NCBI GenBank assembly: GCA_977016875.1
Contig: CDRNST010000052.1
Span: 496,001-560,000 of the forward strand
Length of the DNA stretch: 64,000 nucleotides
DNA from: Pavona decussata
Taxonomy: Eukaryota
Reading direction: 5' to 3'
A program made the position numbers and the translations under genes. The number at the start of each line of letters is the position of its first letter. Position 1 is the first letter of the stretch. The notes under the pieces are model-generated. The model ran no database searches and was not told where the DNA came from. It was given only the letters and a program-made list of their open reading frames with translations. Positions 49,248 through 62,823 of this stretch are shown one piece after another.

Positions 49248-52200
49248 TTACTGGAAGCTTTTGCGGCCTCAAATTGTCACTCAAATTAGAAAAAGTCGCC
49301 ACAAATGTACAAAAGATGTTGATGTCGCGATAAAGACCGTCCTTTTACTTTTTGGTAACATCTTAGAACGAATTATCCAATTTCGCGATCTGATTTAGCG
49401 ACGTGAAACATGTAAACGTGAGCATTTTGATCGAACTTAGTTTTCGCAGTTAGCCATTGGTCTTGTTCTCATCTTAATTCGCTTTCAAAGTTAAATTAAA
49501 GTGATTTATGGATTTGCCCGTTGTCGCGTAGCCAAAATTTATGACCTGAGTACCGGGAAAAGGCGGAGGGGGGAATTTCCTGTCTATTGAGGTGCCCTTA
49601 AAACTTGCCATACCGATAGGCTCGGAATAATTCAGAACATGAAACATTTTTGCCATACTTATCGTACAAAAACTAAACTGATGGTCCGGCTACTTACTGC
49701 AATCTTACGAGGGTCCTTGTACGCAAGTCTGTTCGAAATTTGCCTCGTCCGCAGTTTTGAAGAACAGCCCACTCCCGTTATATCTGAGTCTGGCAGGAGA
49801 CCGTGGTTCAAGTCCGCCGGTGAATCATATTTTCACAGTTTAAATATATCCTGCTTTCACCGGCACGTTTACTTTGTTCCTTTAATATAACAGATCATTG
49901 CAATGATCCTATGTGAAATTATGGCTGATTCATTTGGTGTGAATATTCTTTGTTGTCTGTTTCATAATGATATTGATAGCTGAGAAATGACTTTACTGTC
50001 AACTCGCAGCTTAAAATCCAGTACCTCAAAACAGACCCTCATAACATGTTATGTTAGACGCCAAAAGAAAATAAGAACAAGCAAAAGAAAAAAAGGACAA
50101 AAACAAAACAAACAAAAAACACCCTCGCGCAAGCCTGGTATCGACACTCTCTCACGTGGGGAAAAATCAAGAAAAACCTCTGGGACCAGGGTAGGAAAAC
50201 CGATACAATCACGGAAATGGACAATCCACACAACACCTGGTATGGCCGTGGCGCAACGTGCAATCTCCACACGTTACAGTCGCCTGCGGAAACACGTGCG
50301 AGGTCACGCGTTCACTGTTGCGCCATGGCCATCAAAATTTTGCGGCTGACTGACCTCCTAACATGTGGCCTTTGTTTCTTTCAATTTAATGACGGAAAAA
50401 GAAAAAGCCTAAAACATTGACTCGGTTTAAAGGTCGTTCAACTTGGCTGGTCATCTAGTTTTGTATAGGTAGCATATACGTCATAATTACACGCAAACCT
50501 TTGTTGTTTTTTATTCGCCACTTGGAAACCTACTTGCAAAAGTATCTGTTCGTGATGCTGGCCGGTTAATATTCGGCATAAACTGCCGGACTGCGTGTAA
50601 TCGCTGTTACTGCGACAAGGTAATTCTGCCACTTGAAGTGCAGAAAGCGTCCAAATAAACTTTACAATTCCCAACCCCAAAGACGCTCATTGAGGTGGTA
50701 AACAGCAATTTATCAGACGAGGAGACACCATGCAACAATATTTCACAAGCCCGTTTATAGGTAAGTCAGTATAGAATTAGCCTTGCTCCTTATAGTGTCT
50801 ATATATCGTGTTCCAGCAACGACTATGCGTTTTTAGATACAGGTGTACTATGCCGATGATTTAAGTTTACGTCTCTGCGTGGAACAATGTGAACTGTTAA
50901 AATTAATTAGATGTCCATATTATATGAGTTTTCATAAGGAGATTCTCTTTACGCAAATTATCGTTTTCAGATCGAGCCTTTTTAGATTTTAGGAGCCGGC
51001 CAATTCTGCATGGTCACTTAAACCGGCTTGATTTGTAGCTAAGGTACATGATCAGAAAATATCGTTCTCTCGCAAAGGTCTCGTTGCTATGCAAATACGT
51101 TTTAACGGGATTTTGCAGAAAGCGGATGCACGAATTACTTCCCGAATTAGAAAATGAGGTGTGCATACAGGGTTTGCTAGTTACACAACTTAGAACTGTC
51201 TGGCGAATATTCTGGAATCATTTTGTTTGTTTTCAGCGGACAATGCACCTGGGTCGGCATAAGTTAAGTACAAGACATGACGAGGGCACTTTAATTCAAT
51301 GCCTTAAATGGCCGTATCATTTTAAATGATAAGCTAGACTGCGGGCTGATATATATAGCAAAGAATAATCTTGTTAATACAGTAGTGAAGCACCCGTCTG
51401 ATTACTGGCAGATAAAGTGGTGTAAATGCGGTGAAAACATTTCTTTATTCGCTTGAATACATCTCCATCGACATTACATATGTTATAAAAGGAGAGGTAA
51501 AGAAAGTTTTTGATCCTGATACGTTTCATAGAAAATAAAACGGCCATCCTTTAACATTTCAGTTTTCCCGGATATAAATCGTTTGACCAAATGTCTGAGA
51601 GGACCAGTCTTGGTCTCGCAAAATGTCTGAGACAGCTCTAGAAAAAATAATGAAAGTCAAAACAAAAACACGGTTTACGGTGCATCAAACGGTTAATTCC
51701 GCATTTTTATGGATAATTACAGTGCAAATCACGTCTCGCGACCTTTGACCACATCACGATTCACGAGAAAAAAATCATGTCATTTCACATTACACGGAAA
51801 AAAGGCCATATTCATAAATCGCGCAGATAACTCCGGGCGCAAGGTCTTATTAACAAGGCTGTGTATTCTATACGTTTTGCATTATTTAATGTCATAGCGT
51901 ATTATGATAATTTGTATGGTTTTCGGCCCAGCCAGCTGAGAGAAAGAAGTTTTGAATTACAAATTACTTTGTGGCATGTCTCGGAAGAAGTTCTGGCTAC
52001 ATGTATTACGAATTTTAATTTTTAAAATGTACATGCTCGTTGTTTTGTTACGGCCAACAAGGTGAAATTTGTAACTCTTCTACGTCCTAAAAAATGCAAA
52101 GTGATACGAAATCTAGTTTCAAGGAAGATACACGTATGTCAGTATTAGAAAAAGTAATACTATTAGTAAAAAGTTACTTCCGAAATGGATTCAACGAACA

Positions 52201-52508
52201 ACACAAACTGACGGTCCTTGAAGTGAACTGACCATGAAGCTTTTAGCTGTAGACAAAAACTGATAGACTACCACCGCTCACAAAGAACCCAATCCACCTC
52301 CCATGAACCCTCGCGCCCGGCTGAAAGATCCCGGTATCCCGCGTTGAAAGAAGACGAGGCAGAATTAATTAGCAATTTGCATCTTTCGGGATGTGAAACT
52401 ATTTTGGTTGTCATTGTTTTCATCCGACCGATGGAAGAAGAAAAAGCGGTTCCCTCAGTTCTATGCATGCAGCTGGAATATTTTCTCACTGTTTCTCTCT
52501 TGCGACCA

Positions 52509-53456
52509 TCAAAGACAGACAATGTTTTCTGACTCAGCCATAGTTTGCTTGTCTCTCCTTGGCGGTGACACGGCATCATCATTAATAGACAATATTTTGT
52601 AAACGGTCGCGGTGCCGTCTTTCTCCACATCTTCAATTTCGTATTTTTCATCGAGAAAACTGATTAATCTTCCTCTCTGCTCCCCAGTTGAACACTGATT
52701 TGCAATCCACTGCGCAGTTTGCTTGCTAATCAAACCCAAAACGTACTTCTCCCAGAGATGGCTCGACTTCCCGGCCTGACGGTCGATGTTTGTTTCCTCG
52801 AGTTCTTTTCGCCAAGAATATTTGGATTTTGATGGAAAGTTCAGCTCGTCTTTGCTTGTCTTGCTTGGCAAGCATAGCCGGTGCTCCTTGGGCGAGACTC
52901 TTTTTGCTTCGGACCTGTCCTTTTTGCGTTGCTTCGAGATAGACAGCCCTTTCAACTTGTAGAGTTTTTTCATGTCCGTTGAAAAGTACGATGACAAACA
53001 AGGGTCGCCCCGGTTGCTAATCACTTCTTCGGTAAATTCTAGCGGCGGCAAGCTAATTTCTTTGGGCTTTTTCTTAGTTAACAAATAATTCAGCGATCCG
53101 TTGTCTCTTTTTACCAGAGAACACTGCATCGGAGGCTTTAAAAGGGGAAGTTGAGACTCTCTGATGTGAACATAGCTTCTTACGAACTCACTGATGTCAA
53201 TTGCTCTATTTCTTTTCGTAGCCTTACTCATTTCAGGCGTTGAAATGTCATAACCTAGAAATGAACGCTCTTCATCCAAATGTTTTTTTCTCCTCTCCAA
53301 TTGTTCAGGTGTCCTTGGAAATTTCAACGATGGATTTTTCCACAGAAACTCCGTCGCGTAGTGTCGTTGTTTTTGCGAGGATCTCGAGTCGACCTCTGAA
53401 AAGGAAGAATTCCGCCTTCCGTTTACAGTGGGCAATGACGAATTTCTTTGAGTCAT
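52509..53456 (-). CDS. Uncharacterized 315-aa basic protein with a motif resembling the HEATR4 N-terminal region
   Basis: Uninterrupted 948-nt ATG-initiated ORF in DNA where background ORFs are mostly under 130 aa. WEKYVLGLISKQTAQWI..GEQRGRLISFLDEKY resembles the recalled HEATR4 motif WExxVLxKLxxRTARWI..W.SFL..QY. Confidence 0.65.
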   Translation of the reverse strand: MTQRNSSLPTVNGRRNSSFSEVDSRSSQKQRHYATEFLWKNPSLKFPRTPEQLERRKKHLDEERSFLGYDISTPEMSKATKRNRAIDISEFVRSYVHIRESQLPLLKPPMQCSLVKRDNGSLNYLLTKKKPKEISLPPLEFTEEVISNRGDPCLSSYFSTDMKKLYKLKGLSISKQRKKDRSEAKRVSPKEHRLCLPSKTSKDELNFPSKSKYSWRKELEETNIDRQAGKSSHLWEKYVLGLISKQTAQWIANQCSTGEQRGRLISFLDEKYEIEDVEKDGTATVYKILSINDDAVSPPRRDKQTMAESENIVCL

Positions 53457-55198
53457 GTCGGTTTAAAGTATACAGAATTGTGCTTTATACCCTCGTGGAA
53501 AGAACTGAGATATCGTAGAAAATAAGCGAACTTTTCTTGACATGTTGCTAAGCGAGCAGATGTTACGAAAACAACAAAGCAAGTACTGGAAAGGAATTAA
53601 AAACAAATCTATCGGTCTTTCAAAGAGCCGACTCGCTATTGGCTGAACTTTTAAACCGCTGTATGGATTATTCAAAACTTCAATGACCGCGACACTTTTG
53701 TTTAGCTCGTGTTTTGTATCAAAAACAGTTTTAAGATGAAAAATGATGGGGTAATGAGGCTAAACTACAGAAGATGAAATGGTCTACCGTTCGTTAACGG
53801 AGAATCAAATCTGAGATTCATCACGCAAAACTGGAAACAATATGAAAACATTTGGAATCCTCTGAAATGGTCTCTTAAAATAAACTCACTTCGTTCTAAA
53901 AAAATTGACACAAACGACAAAGTTTTTGTCGTGTTGGAAAGATTCGTCAAATTCTACTCAAACAGGAAGTTTGGGATGTGAAGTCGAACGAGGTTGTAAA
54001 AACCCTCATTCACTGTCTCCTTGATGTCGAATGTGGATCAATTGAAGTTAAAGCGGTCGGAAAAAGAACCGACAAATTTGAGATTAATTGTTGTTAAAAT
54101 GACGCATTAATTATGCTAATCGAATAGTGTTCCTATGGGTGTCAGTAAAGTCTGTTTTTCGTCCTATCCCCGTTAGAATGTTTATTAGTCGTTAGTCTAG
54201 TACCCATGCCTTTATCTCTTTGCGAGGTGAACTTTGAACTTATTGATAAACCACGCTCAAACTGGTCAGCGGTGCTCAATGCCAAATTTTCCAAATGGCG
54301 ACTATTTTGGGAATCCTCGAGATAGCTACGTCTATATTCTTTTAATGTCAGTATTAAGACGTTTTAGATGTCTGCAAAGAAGGAAAAAAATTACGACCTT
54401 GATAGTTAAAGCACTAGCATTCGCATTAGCAATGGTAATTGTCGTAATCGGGGCGGATGAGATCAATAAAGGGGTGGCAAAGTCTGTCAGATTAATACCA
54501 GGAAATACCAGAATCGCGCAAATGAAAAACAAAAATTTCCCACTTCAAACTGCGTAAGCCTTACGAAAAGCACTATCTCTAACTTAGAACCGGAGCCATT
54601 CGTGGCCTCAGATGTATGTAAATCTGGATTGAGGTGGAAATGCAGACTTTAGGAAACAGCAAACGAATTGCCTTTCCGTAGTTCAGAAAGGGACTGGGGC
54701 CTAGTTTACACATTGTTCAAATTGTGTAATATGGAGGAAATGAACCCCATCGCCAGAAAGATTACATAACAATTAGTAAGTTTACCAAGTTTGGTTATGT
54801 TTCATCAGGTAGTAACCACGCTATGACCTGTCAAAGGTCGCCCAAATTGTGTCTCTAATCGGGATACGGCGTCCCCCAAATTCAAACGTACAAAGTGAGT
54901 CTAATTTTTCCGATGTTTGAAAGCCTTAAACTTTGCAAACTGACTAATTTTAATGTAATCGTTCTTGTGACTGACTCCAATTTCTGACTAAATTCAAATT
55001 TAAATGAAAATATATTAACTCATTCCCAGTCTCCGTTTCAATTTGGACGTTAGACGTCTTTTAAGATGATTATTGAATCCCTTTTTCAACTTTTATTTCA
55101 CTGGTTTATTTTCTGCACCCATGTCAAACCAAACGCCTCAGCTTGTAAATTAAATGTGTAAAAGTTTTATTAAATTAATCCCTAGTTATATTTTACAC

Positions 55199-55495
55199 GC
55201 TACAAGCTACAAAAACGTTGATACACTCTTACCATTTTTCCTACGTATCAATATTTGCTGCAAAAAAAAAAAAAAAAAAAAAAAAAATCCACCCTAAAAG
55301 GCAAATGAACAATGTAATACACTTCAGGGCTTCCCTCGCCCTTCCAATGTTGACCCTCGGAATGTCATTGCAAATTTCGTTCAACATTGATAAGCGGGGG
55401 AGGGGAGGGGAGGGAACAAGCAATACAATGGTGTGTGTCGAAAACATTACCCAGTAACAGAGAGTGTATCAACTCTTTTGACAATTACTTGTAGC
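55199..55495. mobile_element. MITE with imperfect TIRs
   Basis: GCTACAAG..AAAACGTTGATACACTCT pairs with AGAGTGTATCAACTCTTTT..CTTGTAGC. Confidence 0.55.
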
Positions 55496-55582
55496 TGTAC
55501 TGACGTGGCTTTGAGGCTCTGTAAGCGGTCCAGTGAGGTTGCTAGCTGTTCGATCAGACCGTCATGGCTTGAAAGAAACTAA

Positions 55583-55815
55583 GAGTGCTTTCCATTTGCC
55601 AGAACTGGTCGGTCTGGCAGGCCAGTCTGTAAATCAAACACGTCATTGTGAAGGAATGGTGCTGCAAAATCTTCAAAACTAACCACTCCGAATTTGCCCG
55701 CGCTATTTTGAAGAAATGTGAAGGACTAGGATAAAACTTATCCTTCAAATTGGTACATTCCGTTTGCGAACTGACTAGGTCTGGCTGGCCAGTTCTGATA
55801 AATTGGAAAGTACCC
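55583..55815. mobile_element. PIF/Harbinger MITE with TAA TSD
   Basis: TAA|GAGTGCTTTCCATTTGCCAGAACTGG ... CCAGTTCTGATAAATTGGAAAGTACCC|TAA. Confidence 0.75.
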
Positions 55816-58800
55816 TAAGGTTTATGACAGCTTTTCCCCCTAATGGTATTGTCATGTCACTCGTCACCAAATGAATCCAGGGAATGGATTCGGAGGATAG
55901 TAATTTCACACCTGTTTCCGTGTAAGGTTTAACGAACCGAACTAACGGTGCTGTCACTTCACGTATTATATATCCATAAATTCCACACCGCCGGCGGGAT
56001 TTGTATCAGGGCTTTGTTCTTTAGTGGCCGAGAGAATGTACGGCTTGGTTGTAACTAACTAGAGTATGTAGGCCAAGGGACAAGTGTTAATCAAGAGCAG
56101 ATAGAATGGTTTTCAAGCAAGTGTCGCAAGAAATTTCACATTTACTTTGGGTTTTGCTTGGCTATGTGTGTTCGCACCATTTTCTTGGACCAAAGAGAAG
56201 AGTTAGACCAAAACCAAATGTGGTTCACGTTTTCCCACGCTTGACGTCATTTTTCATGTATGCGCTTCGAGTTCTGCAGTTGGTCTATCGTATTGTCTTA
56301 GTTTGTTGTAATTGGTTAGAACGATTACTTCGGTTTTGGTTTTTATTCTAATCTTTTGCCTCAATAAATAATCTTTAGCCGTCTTTACTCAAAGACTTTA
56401 ACATTTAAAATTGAAAATAAGTATTTTCAAAAACTTTCCCGAAATCGGCATTTGAGCCTGACAATTGTGTTATGAAAATTTCTCATGACAGTTTCCGTAC
56501 ACGAATTTCCACTTAGTTTTATTGTCAGTAAAATTGATGGAAAAAGCTTTTATACTTATTGTGTTACGGCAACAATATCATTATTTGGCGTGCGTTATCG
56601 ATGATTTCTTTACTTACTGCATTTTGCTTTTACACACTTTCATAAACGTCGAGAAAGTCTGCTCTTCGCGGCATGTGCATGCCTATTTAATTATTTGTAA
56701 TTATACACATAATTAGTGACCTCAGAAATAATAGGGAAATAATTATGGAGCGAACCACTGACCGATAAGTGGGCCTATAAATGAATGATGAGATTAAAAT
56801 CTTGAGGTCGCAAAAAGAAGGGAGAGAGGAAGGCCGGCAGGAAGAAAATGGGGTCTCGTGCAGTTTCCTGCAAAATTTGTTAATTTAAAAACAGTTATTC
56901 CTTGGCGCGTGTTTCTTAGCAGGGCATTTACGATTGTCCTTGTGTGTTCAACAATACAATCGCGTGGTCCTTTGTCTCAAAGGGATTTGAAATCTGCGTT
57001 TGTTATCTCTGGCACACAAAGCAAATTGTCTTCTAATTTGATGTGACAAGTGTCACAGCGGACAGTGGTTGTTCGGCCGGTCGAAACGGTTTAATTGAAT
57101 CAGGAAATCGCGGTTTGCTAGAAATAAGCGTTTAACATTTTACTTCAAAATTTTATGAAAAAGAAAAAAAAAATCCGCCCATTCGTCAAAAAGTTAGGAC
57201 ATAGAGAGAATCTACACACGTTTAAAAGGTTATAAGTTCATCGGCTTTGTAAATATCAGAAAAAAACATATCGTAGTGAAATTATATTTTTGCTTATTGG
57301 CGAATGCAGATTTTAAATCTCTATATTTTTCATTTCTCCGTCACATTCAAGTTGAGTGTCAAAGTATAGACATCTTGATCCAACTCTTAAACGACAAAGG
57401 CACAAAAGGCTATTCTCTATGTTTAAAAAAGTCGAGTCGTTTATACGGAAAATCATGACGTTTTAAAGACGTTACAATTAAACTTACGCCGCGCATTTTT
57501 ACATGGCAGAAGTTAGACAATGTAACGTCTCTAGGAAACGAAAATTTGCTCGCTGGGCTTCCTGCTCGTCGTTGCCATTTTATCCCTCATCATTAGTGTC
57601 GCGTAACAGAATACGAAATTTGCTAGCGTTGTTAAGACCGTTCTGTGGATTTTTGAGCCGAATCGATTTTGATAGCGTTTGTAGAGTCAGCTGCAAGATT
57701 AATTCATATGACAGGCTGAACGCCTTGTAGTTTACAAAAGAGAACCAAATTGATTCGGTCCCTGAATACGTCGTCTATTGTTGGTTGCAGCTGGCATATT
57801 TTAATTAGAGTTTGCCTAATAATTCTTTTGTGAGACGAGCTGTTGTCAATAGAGATAACATATGGACTGAAGAGAGGCCTACATAAGGAAATCAAGCCAC
57901 AGGAAGGAATGATCGCAAATATTTCAGGTATTTTGGCGCTCGGGTTTTTTGCTTATTTTCTCGTTGTGTTGTGTGCAATACTTTACGCGTCACTGGCGTT
58001 GGTGAAGGACTGAAAGTAGGCGAAAAACGGCGACCTAAAATCTTGACCGATAAAATCAATTTTGCCTTACTGTGAATTGTGCGCCTTGAAGTTGAAAATC
58101 TATGACACAATTTGCATATCGGTTTAGTTGTGCTTTTTCGGCGGAATAGCGAGACCAATCCTGTTTCTTCGGAAGACAACGTCGTTGCTTTTTTCTCTCG
58201 AGAAAAACGCGATAGCGATTTCGGTTACGGCTGGTTTTTTTTGTCGACATTTTGATATCTTCGTATGAGACACATGCTCGAAGAAGTAACCAAATAAAAC
58301 AACTGGGAATCGAGAATAACCATTGCCACAAGTGCTTTTGTTCAGTCTTCTGCTCGAACGAAAACATGAATCTCGAAAACAAACCGTTGATTTTACTGAG
58401 TATAAAATTCTTAGATTCCATGGCGAAAAAGCTTGCTTCGCAGAGAAAACAATACCTTAAAGCTACGGCCTTCGTTTATAATTGATGTGGGTTGCGATAA
58501 TCTCTCTCGGTGGCGTTTTCGCCAAAGACATCTGCTCTTAGGATTTTAATTAGCCAGCGAGATTTGCTGCAATGAATAACTTGTCGTCAGCAGAAACCGA
58601 GTTTAGAGTCGATGCACCTGCGAGTCTGCGAGTGTACTGCTTAGTGGACTGGAAAACAATGGACTAACACGCGCAGCTTATATGAAAGCCCTGTTGAGAT
58701 TTCTTTAACAGTCTGGTCAATGCGAAGACCTTAAATCGAGCAATGCACCGAGTGTTTCTTGCGGGTAAAGAATGAGCACAATAAGGCGTTCAATATTTGA

Positions 58801-61373
58801 AAACACGCGTTCTTGTTAACTTAAAAATCTCACCGTTTAGGTGTTTCTTTGCATGTAATTTGCAGAAGATAATATATAAAACGTACTGAAGATCCTCAAC
58901 TTGCCTTGCTTCCGATTCAAGGCGATTTCCCGCTATTTGATTGGTTGAGATTTTTTAACCCCCAAAATATTCTATTTATAAACTTCTTTTAAGGTCTTAG
59001 AGTAGGAAAATTAAAAGCTTCCTTTCCGCTGCCGACCTAACTAACATCTCGACTCACACGAGACCGCGAACGAAGTTTACTTCATAGTAATGTTGTTGTA
59101 CTTTGAAACGTGAATAGCATTGATCGAACAAAAACTATATTTCTGTCTTATGAATAATAGACGAGAAAACATGCCACTTTGGACAATAAAATATTCGTCC
59201 ATCTGGCATAAAACGCGTTGTACCGTGAAGTGTATCCAGCGGTTGTTTTTTTCAAAAGGAGTTGAACTCACATATGAATTTAATATCCACCGGTAAGTCG
59301 GCAAATCATGGTAACACTGGAGGAGAAATCGTTTGGCAGTGGCGCCCATTAATTACATAACAAGTATAAAACATCAAAATTCACTTCAAATCAGAACTGA
59401 TAGAGTCACCAGCAAGGAGCAGCTGTTCACTGGTAACTGCGTTATCCACCGACGGTGAAATACGGCAGCGTAAAATACAGGCGCGTATTTAATAGTTCGA
59501 AACCGATATTTGCGAGTTGTTCACGGTGCTACCGACTCTCTCGCAGGAAACATGTTTGCTCCGCGTGGCGAGGCGCAGTTTGTGGATTTTAGAAGCAGAG
59601 AGGAGATGAACACGAGAAGAGCAGATGTCAAACAGAAATCGTTTATGCAACCAGTTTACAGAACAACCAAGGAAGTCGATTGTAGGCAAACAGTCACGCC
59701 GAACGACAGGCATAACGGAGTCCAGCGGCCCGAGTTTACGAGGTAAGCCGCTAGCTGACGCCGGTTGTGCGGCGATTTTTTGCTGTTTTGTGAAATTGTA
59801 CGGGTTGTTAAAAATATGTATATTCTGCGAGTACTCGCCATGACTCGAAAATAATTCAATTAAAACCCGGCTTTTGTTCCGTTGCGAGATCCACCTTCTT
59901 CAGTCAACAGCCCTTCATCACGGGTAGCTATAGCCGCAGTAAATACGGCGGGTTATTTACCTCTCCAATAGTTATCCACCGGGGGATTGTTATATGTGGA
60001 CCTCACAGAGCGCGAATTCAGTTCGTCCTCTTGCCGAAATCTTCAACTTGAATTTCACGATGTCTTTATTTTTGATGCATTATTAATACTCTGCTTTATT
60101 TGTTTTGCCGAATTTGTCATCTAATTCAACGAAAATTACATGTTTGTGGAGTCGACACCATCATAAAGCGAAAAATGACAGGAAGACACACTGAAGAAAA
60201 GTTTGAAAGAATATGTTTTTGTTATAAGTTCTGTAGTTTCACAACCCACTTGAATACTCTGTAATATACAGATTCACGCAATTAATTTTTAATTACAAGC
60301 AACGTTTGAATAAATCATTAAGGAGAGTGTAAACTGGTAATTACTTAGAAAAAATTACTATTTTTCTATCTACATGAAAAAGCCCAGGTGAATAGATTTT
60401 CCTGTTTGATTCTTGCTTCAGGTTATTAATTCGATCTAAATAAGGTCCTTTCTGGACCAATTTTAGATTTGAACGGTGGACCGTATGGCGGTCGTTTTTT
60501 ACCAAATATGTTGCAACAGGCAGAATGTCAGAAAAAGGTTAATTCAAACTAGTTTCTCAGTTTACCTTTTCAAATAGGCAGCTCGGCAGATTGGAGTACA
60601 AAATGTATTGATTGTAAAACAAATTCGTCCATTGAAATTAAAGAAAATATTTGAAATGAGTGGGGAGAATAGCGATTCTAAAAATAGAACCATACGGAAG
60701 AGAACTCTACACCTCACAAAGGCAACAGCTTTCAAAATACCACCGGGATTTATACAGTAAAACAACTGAAAGACAACAGAACATTACTTAGCAGCTAAGG
60801 GAATTTAAGGGTCATTAGAATTTGTTCCAAGCTGCAGGATGACATCAGATAAAAGGTGTCAGCTTATTTTTGTATGAACCTTACTACATAGCAGTGATAT
60901 ATTCAGAATATAGAATTTTCCTGCTAACTCATGGATAACTTTTAAATCGACTGATCCGATGTACTTTCGTCCGTTTTTGCTTAGTTGCCCTCAGATTTCG
61001 TTGTCTTTCACTACAACGCAAAAGAGCTTCAGTTTAAGTGTATGAATAAGTGCCTTTATTAAAGTGTCAAAATGAAAAATAAAAATATAATGGGAATACT
61101 ATAAAACAAATGATGTCTAAAATCGTTATACTTAGTTAATTCTAAACCATTAAAATATAAGCAAAGAGACAATACTAATTCTTCGTTAGTTAGTTTTCTC
61201 TACATGTTTCAAAGGCATTCAGTAGGCATTTTATCTGGGACGCCACGTTTTCTCAGGGGCCTATTCCTAGCTGTATTCCAGAGTAGGAGCATTCTTCAGT
61301 ATAGCAGTTATATTGAGCCTGTTCTGTTTCAGAATGGATGGAATAATATGACGCTCATTTTGCAGCTCCCAAT

Positions 61374-61557
61374 AGACCCATTCGGCCAACGCAATGTTGT
61401 ACCCAATTCAGATCCCCCGGGGTTAAGATTCTTTGTTTATTGCATTTGCATTATAATGTAGCATTCACATTTAAATGATATGGAAATACTCAGAACAAAA
61501 CATTTTATGCCCAAAGGATTTGAATTGGGTACAACATTGCGTTAGTCGAATGGGTCT
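61374..61557. mobile_element. Hairpin MITE with AT flanks (ISL2EU-like)
   Basis: AT|AGACCCATTCGGCCAACGCAATGTTGTACCCAATTCA ... TGAATTGGGTACAACATTGCGTTAGTCGAATGGGTCT|AT. Confidence 0.85.
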
Positions 61558-61670
61558 ATAGTGTGATGGAGAATGAACGGAATACGGTTTACTTGGAATT
61601 ATGGGATTGCATCCTTCTGCAAAGTGTTTGGTTTACTCGGAATAGTCTTAGTTTGAATTGTCTTAGTTTG

Positions 61671-61924
61671 GGAGGAGGGATGACGCAGTGGTGAGAACAT
61701 TAATCCCCCCACCAATGTTGCCCGGGTTTGATTCCAGGGACTCGGCGTTGACATATGTGGGTTGAGGTTTGTTTTTGGTTCTCGTCCTTGCTCTGAGAGG
61801 CTTTTCTCCGGCCGGGTTCTCCGGTTTTTCTCCATGAACAAAAGCCAACATTCCCAAATTTCAAGTTGACCTGGAAACAGTGGATGAAAGAGCCATTCTG
61901 TGGAAGCCACTAAGATTCCCATTA

Positions 61925-62007
<83 letters not shown>
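61671..62007 (+). mobile_element. tRNA-derived SINE with (ATT)n tail
   Basis: A-box-like TGACGCAGTGG, B-box-like GGTTTGATTCC, central GTGGGTTGAG..TTCTCCGG..CCGGTTTT block, (ATT)n at about 61928-62007. Confidence 0.8.
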
Positions 62008-62008
<1 letters not shown>

Positions 62009-62483
62009 ATATTCAATATTCATTGTAATCTGTCGCTTCGATGTTCAGTTAATAAACCAGGAAAGAACGTTAAAAACACAGTCTCAAATGACTAATGTTC
62101 TCTGTCTTAACCAGAATGCGCGCAGTATTTATTAAACATGAAAATATCATCGTTAATAGTCCTCCTTAGGGGAAGTTAGTTCCTTTTGTTTTAAGGTATT
62201 CCCGGAGATTTCGCTCTCTGATTAAGAAGACTATTTTACTGATCGCTTTTACCTATCTGTAAACATTTTGGAAAATTTTGGACTTTTTTGAGACGCTCAG
62301 ATATCTAATATTCCGATCAGTTATACAGTGAAGTCTTTTCGAGCCGATGATTCCAATAATAGAAAATGGAATAGGGATAAAATATGTGCAAAACGCATGA
62401 AATAAGTAAAAAAAACATGATGTTACACGAGACGCATATAACATCACTAGAAGCATATAAAATATTAGCTTCGTATGTGCTAG

Positions 62484-62823
62484 GAGCACTTTTTATTTGT
62501 ATGGAAAAACCGGTTAGAATTTTCCGCCAAATAGGACAGCGCACTTGAGTGCTTTCAATTCGTATGCCGGGAAAACAAGTCGTTTTGGTAGGAAATTAAA
62601 TGGAACGGTCCTTTCCCGGCGTTGGACATTTGAGTAGCAAACTGCGTATTTCATCGTGAAACAAATGATTCATTGATATCCCTGTAATTCCGGCGAAAAC
62701 GAAAAAAGCGGTATACTTCTAAGGTATTCCTTGTCATCCGAAAACTTCCAGTGAAGAGGATCGTTCCAGCCTTTTGATTTCCCACAAAAGAAATAACCGG
62801 CTTTATCATGTAAATGGTGCTCT
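62484..62823. mobile_element. Degenerate Harbinger-type MITE
   Basis: GAGCACTTTTTATTTGTATGGAAAAACCGG pairs imperfectly with CCGGCTTTATCATGTAAATGGTGCTC. Confidence 0.5.

Noticed and set aside
49760-49830. Possible tRNA gene (GGTTCAAGTCC B-box-like)
   Set aside because: No cloverleaf or acceptor stem. At most a SINE remnant.
57892-58485. Overlapping 77-121 aa ORFs
   Set aside because: No recognisable domain or consistent splice structure.
59390-59995. Possible Crypton-like non-autonomous repeats (also about 1966-2230 and 45480-45740)
   Set aside because: The resemblance is from memory only, and no boundaries or recombinase ORF can be shown here.
61671-61745. tRNA gene
   Set aside because: Degenerate A/B boxes run into a SINE body and (ATT)n tail.
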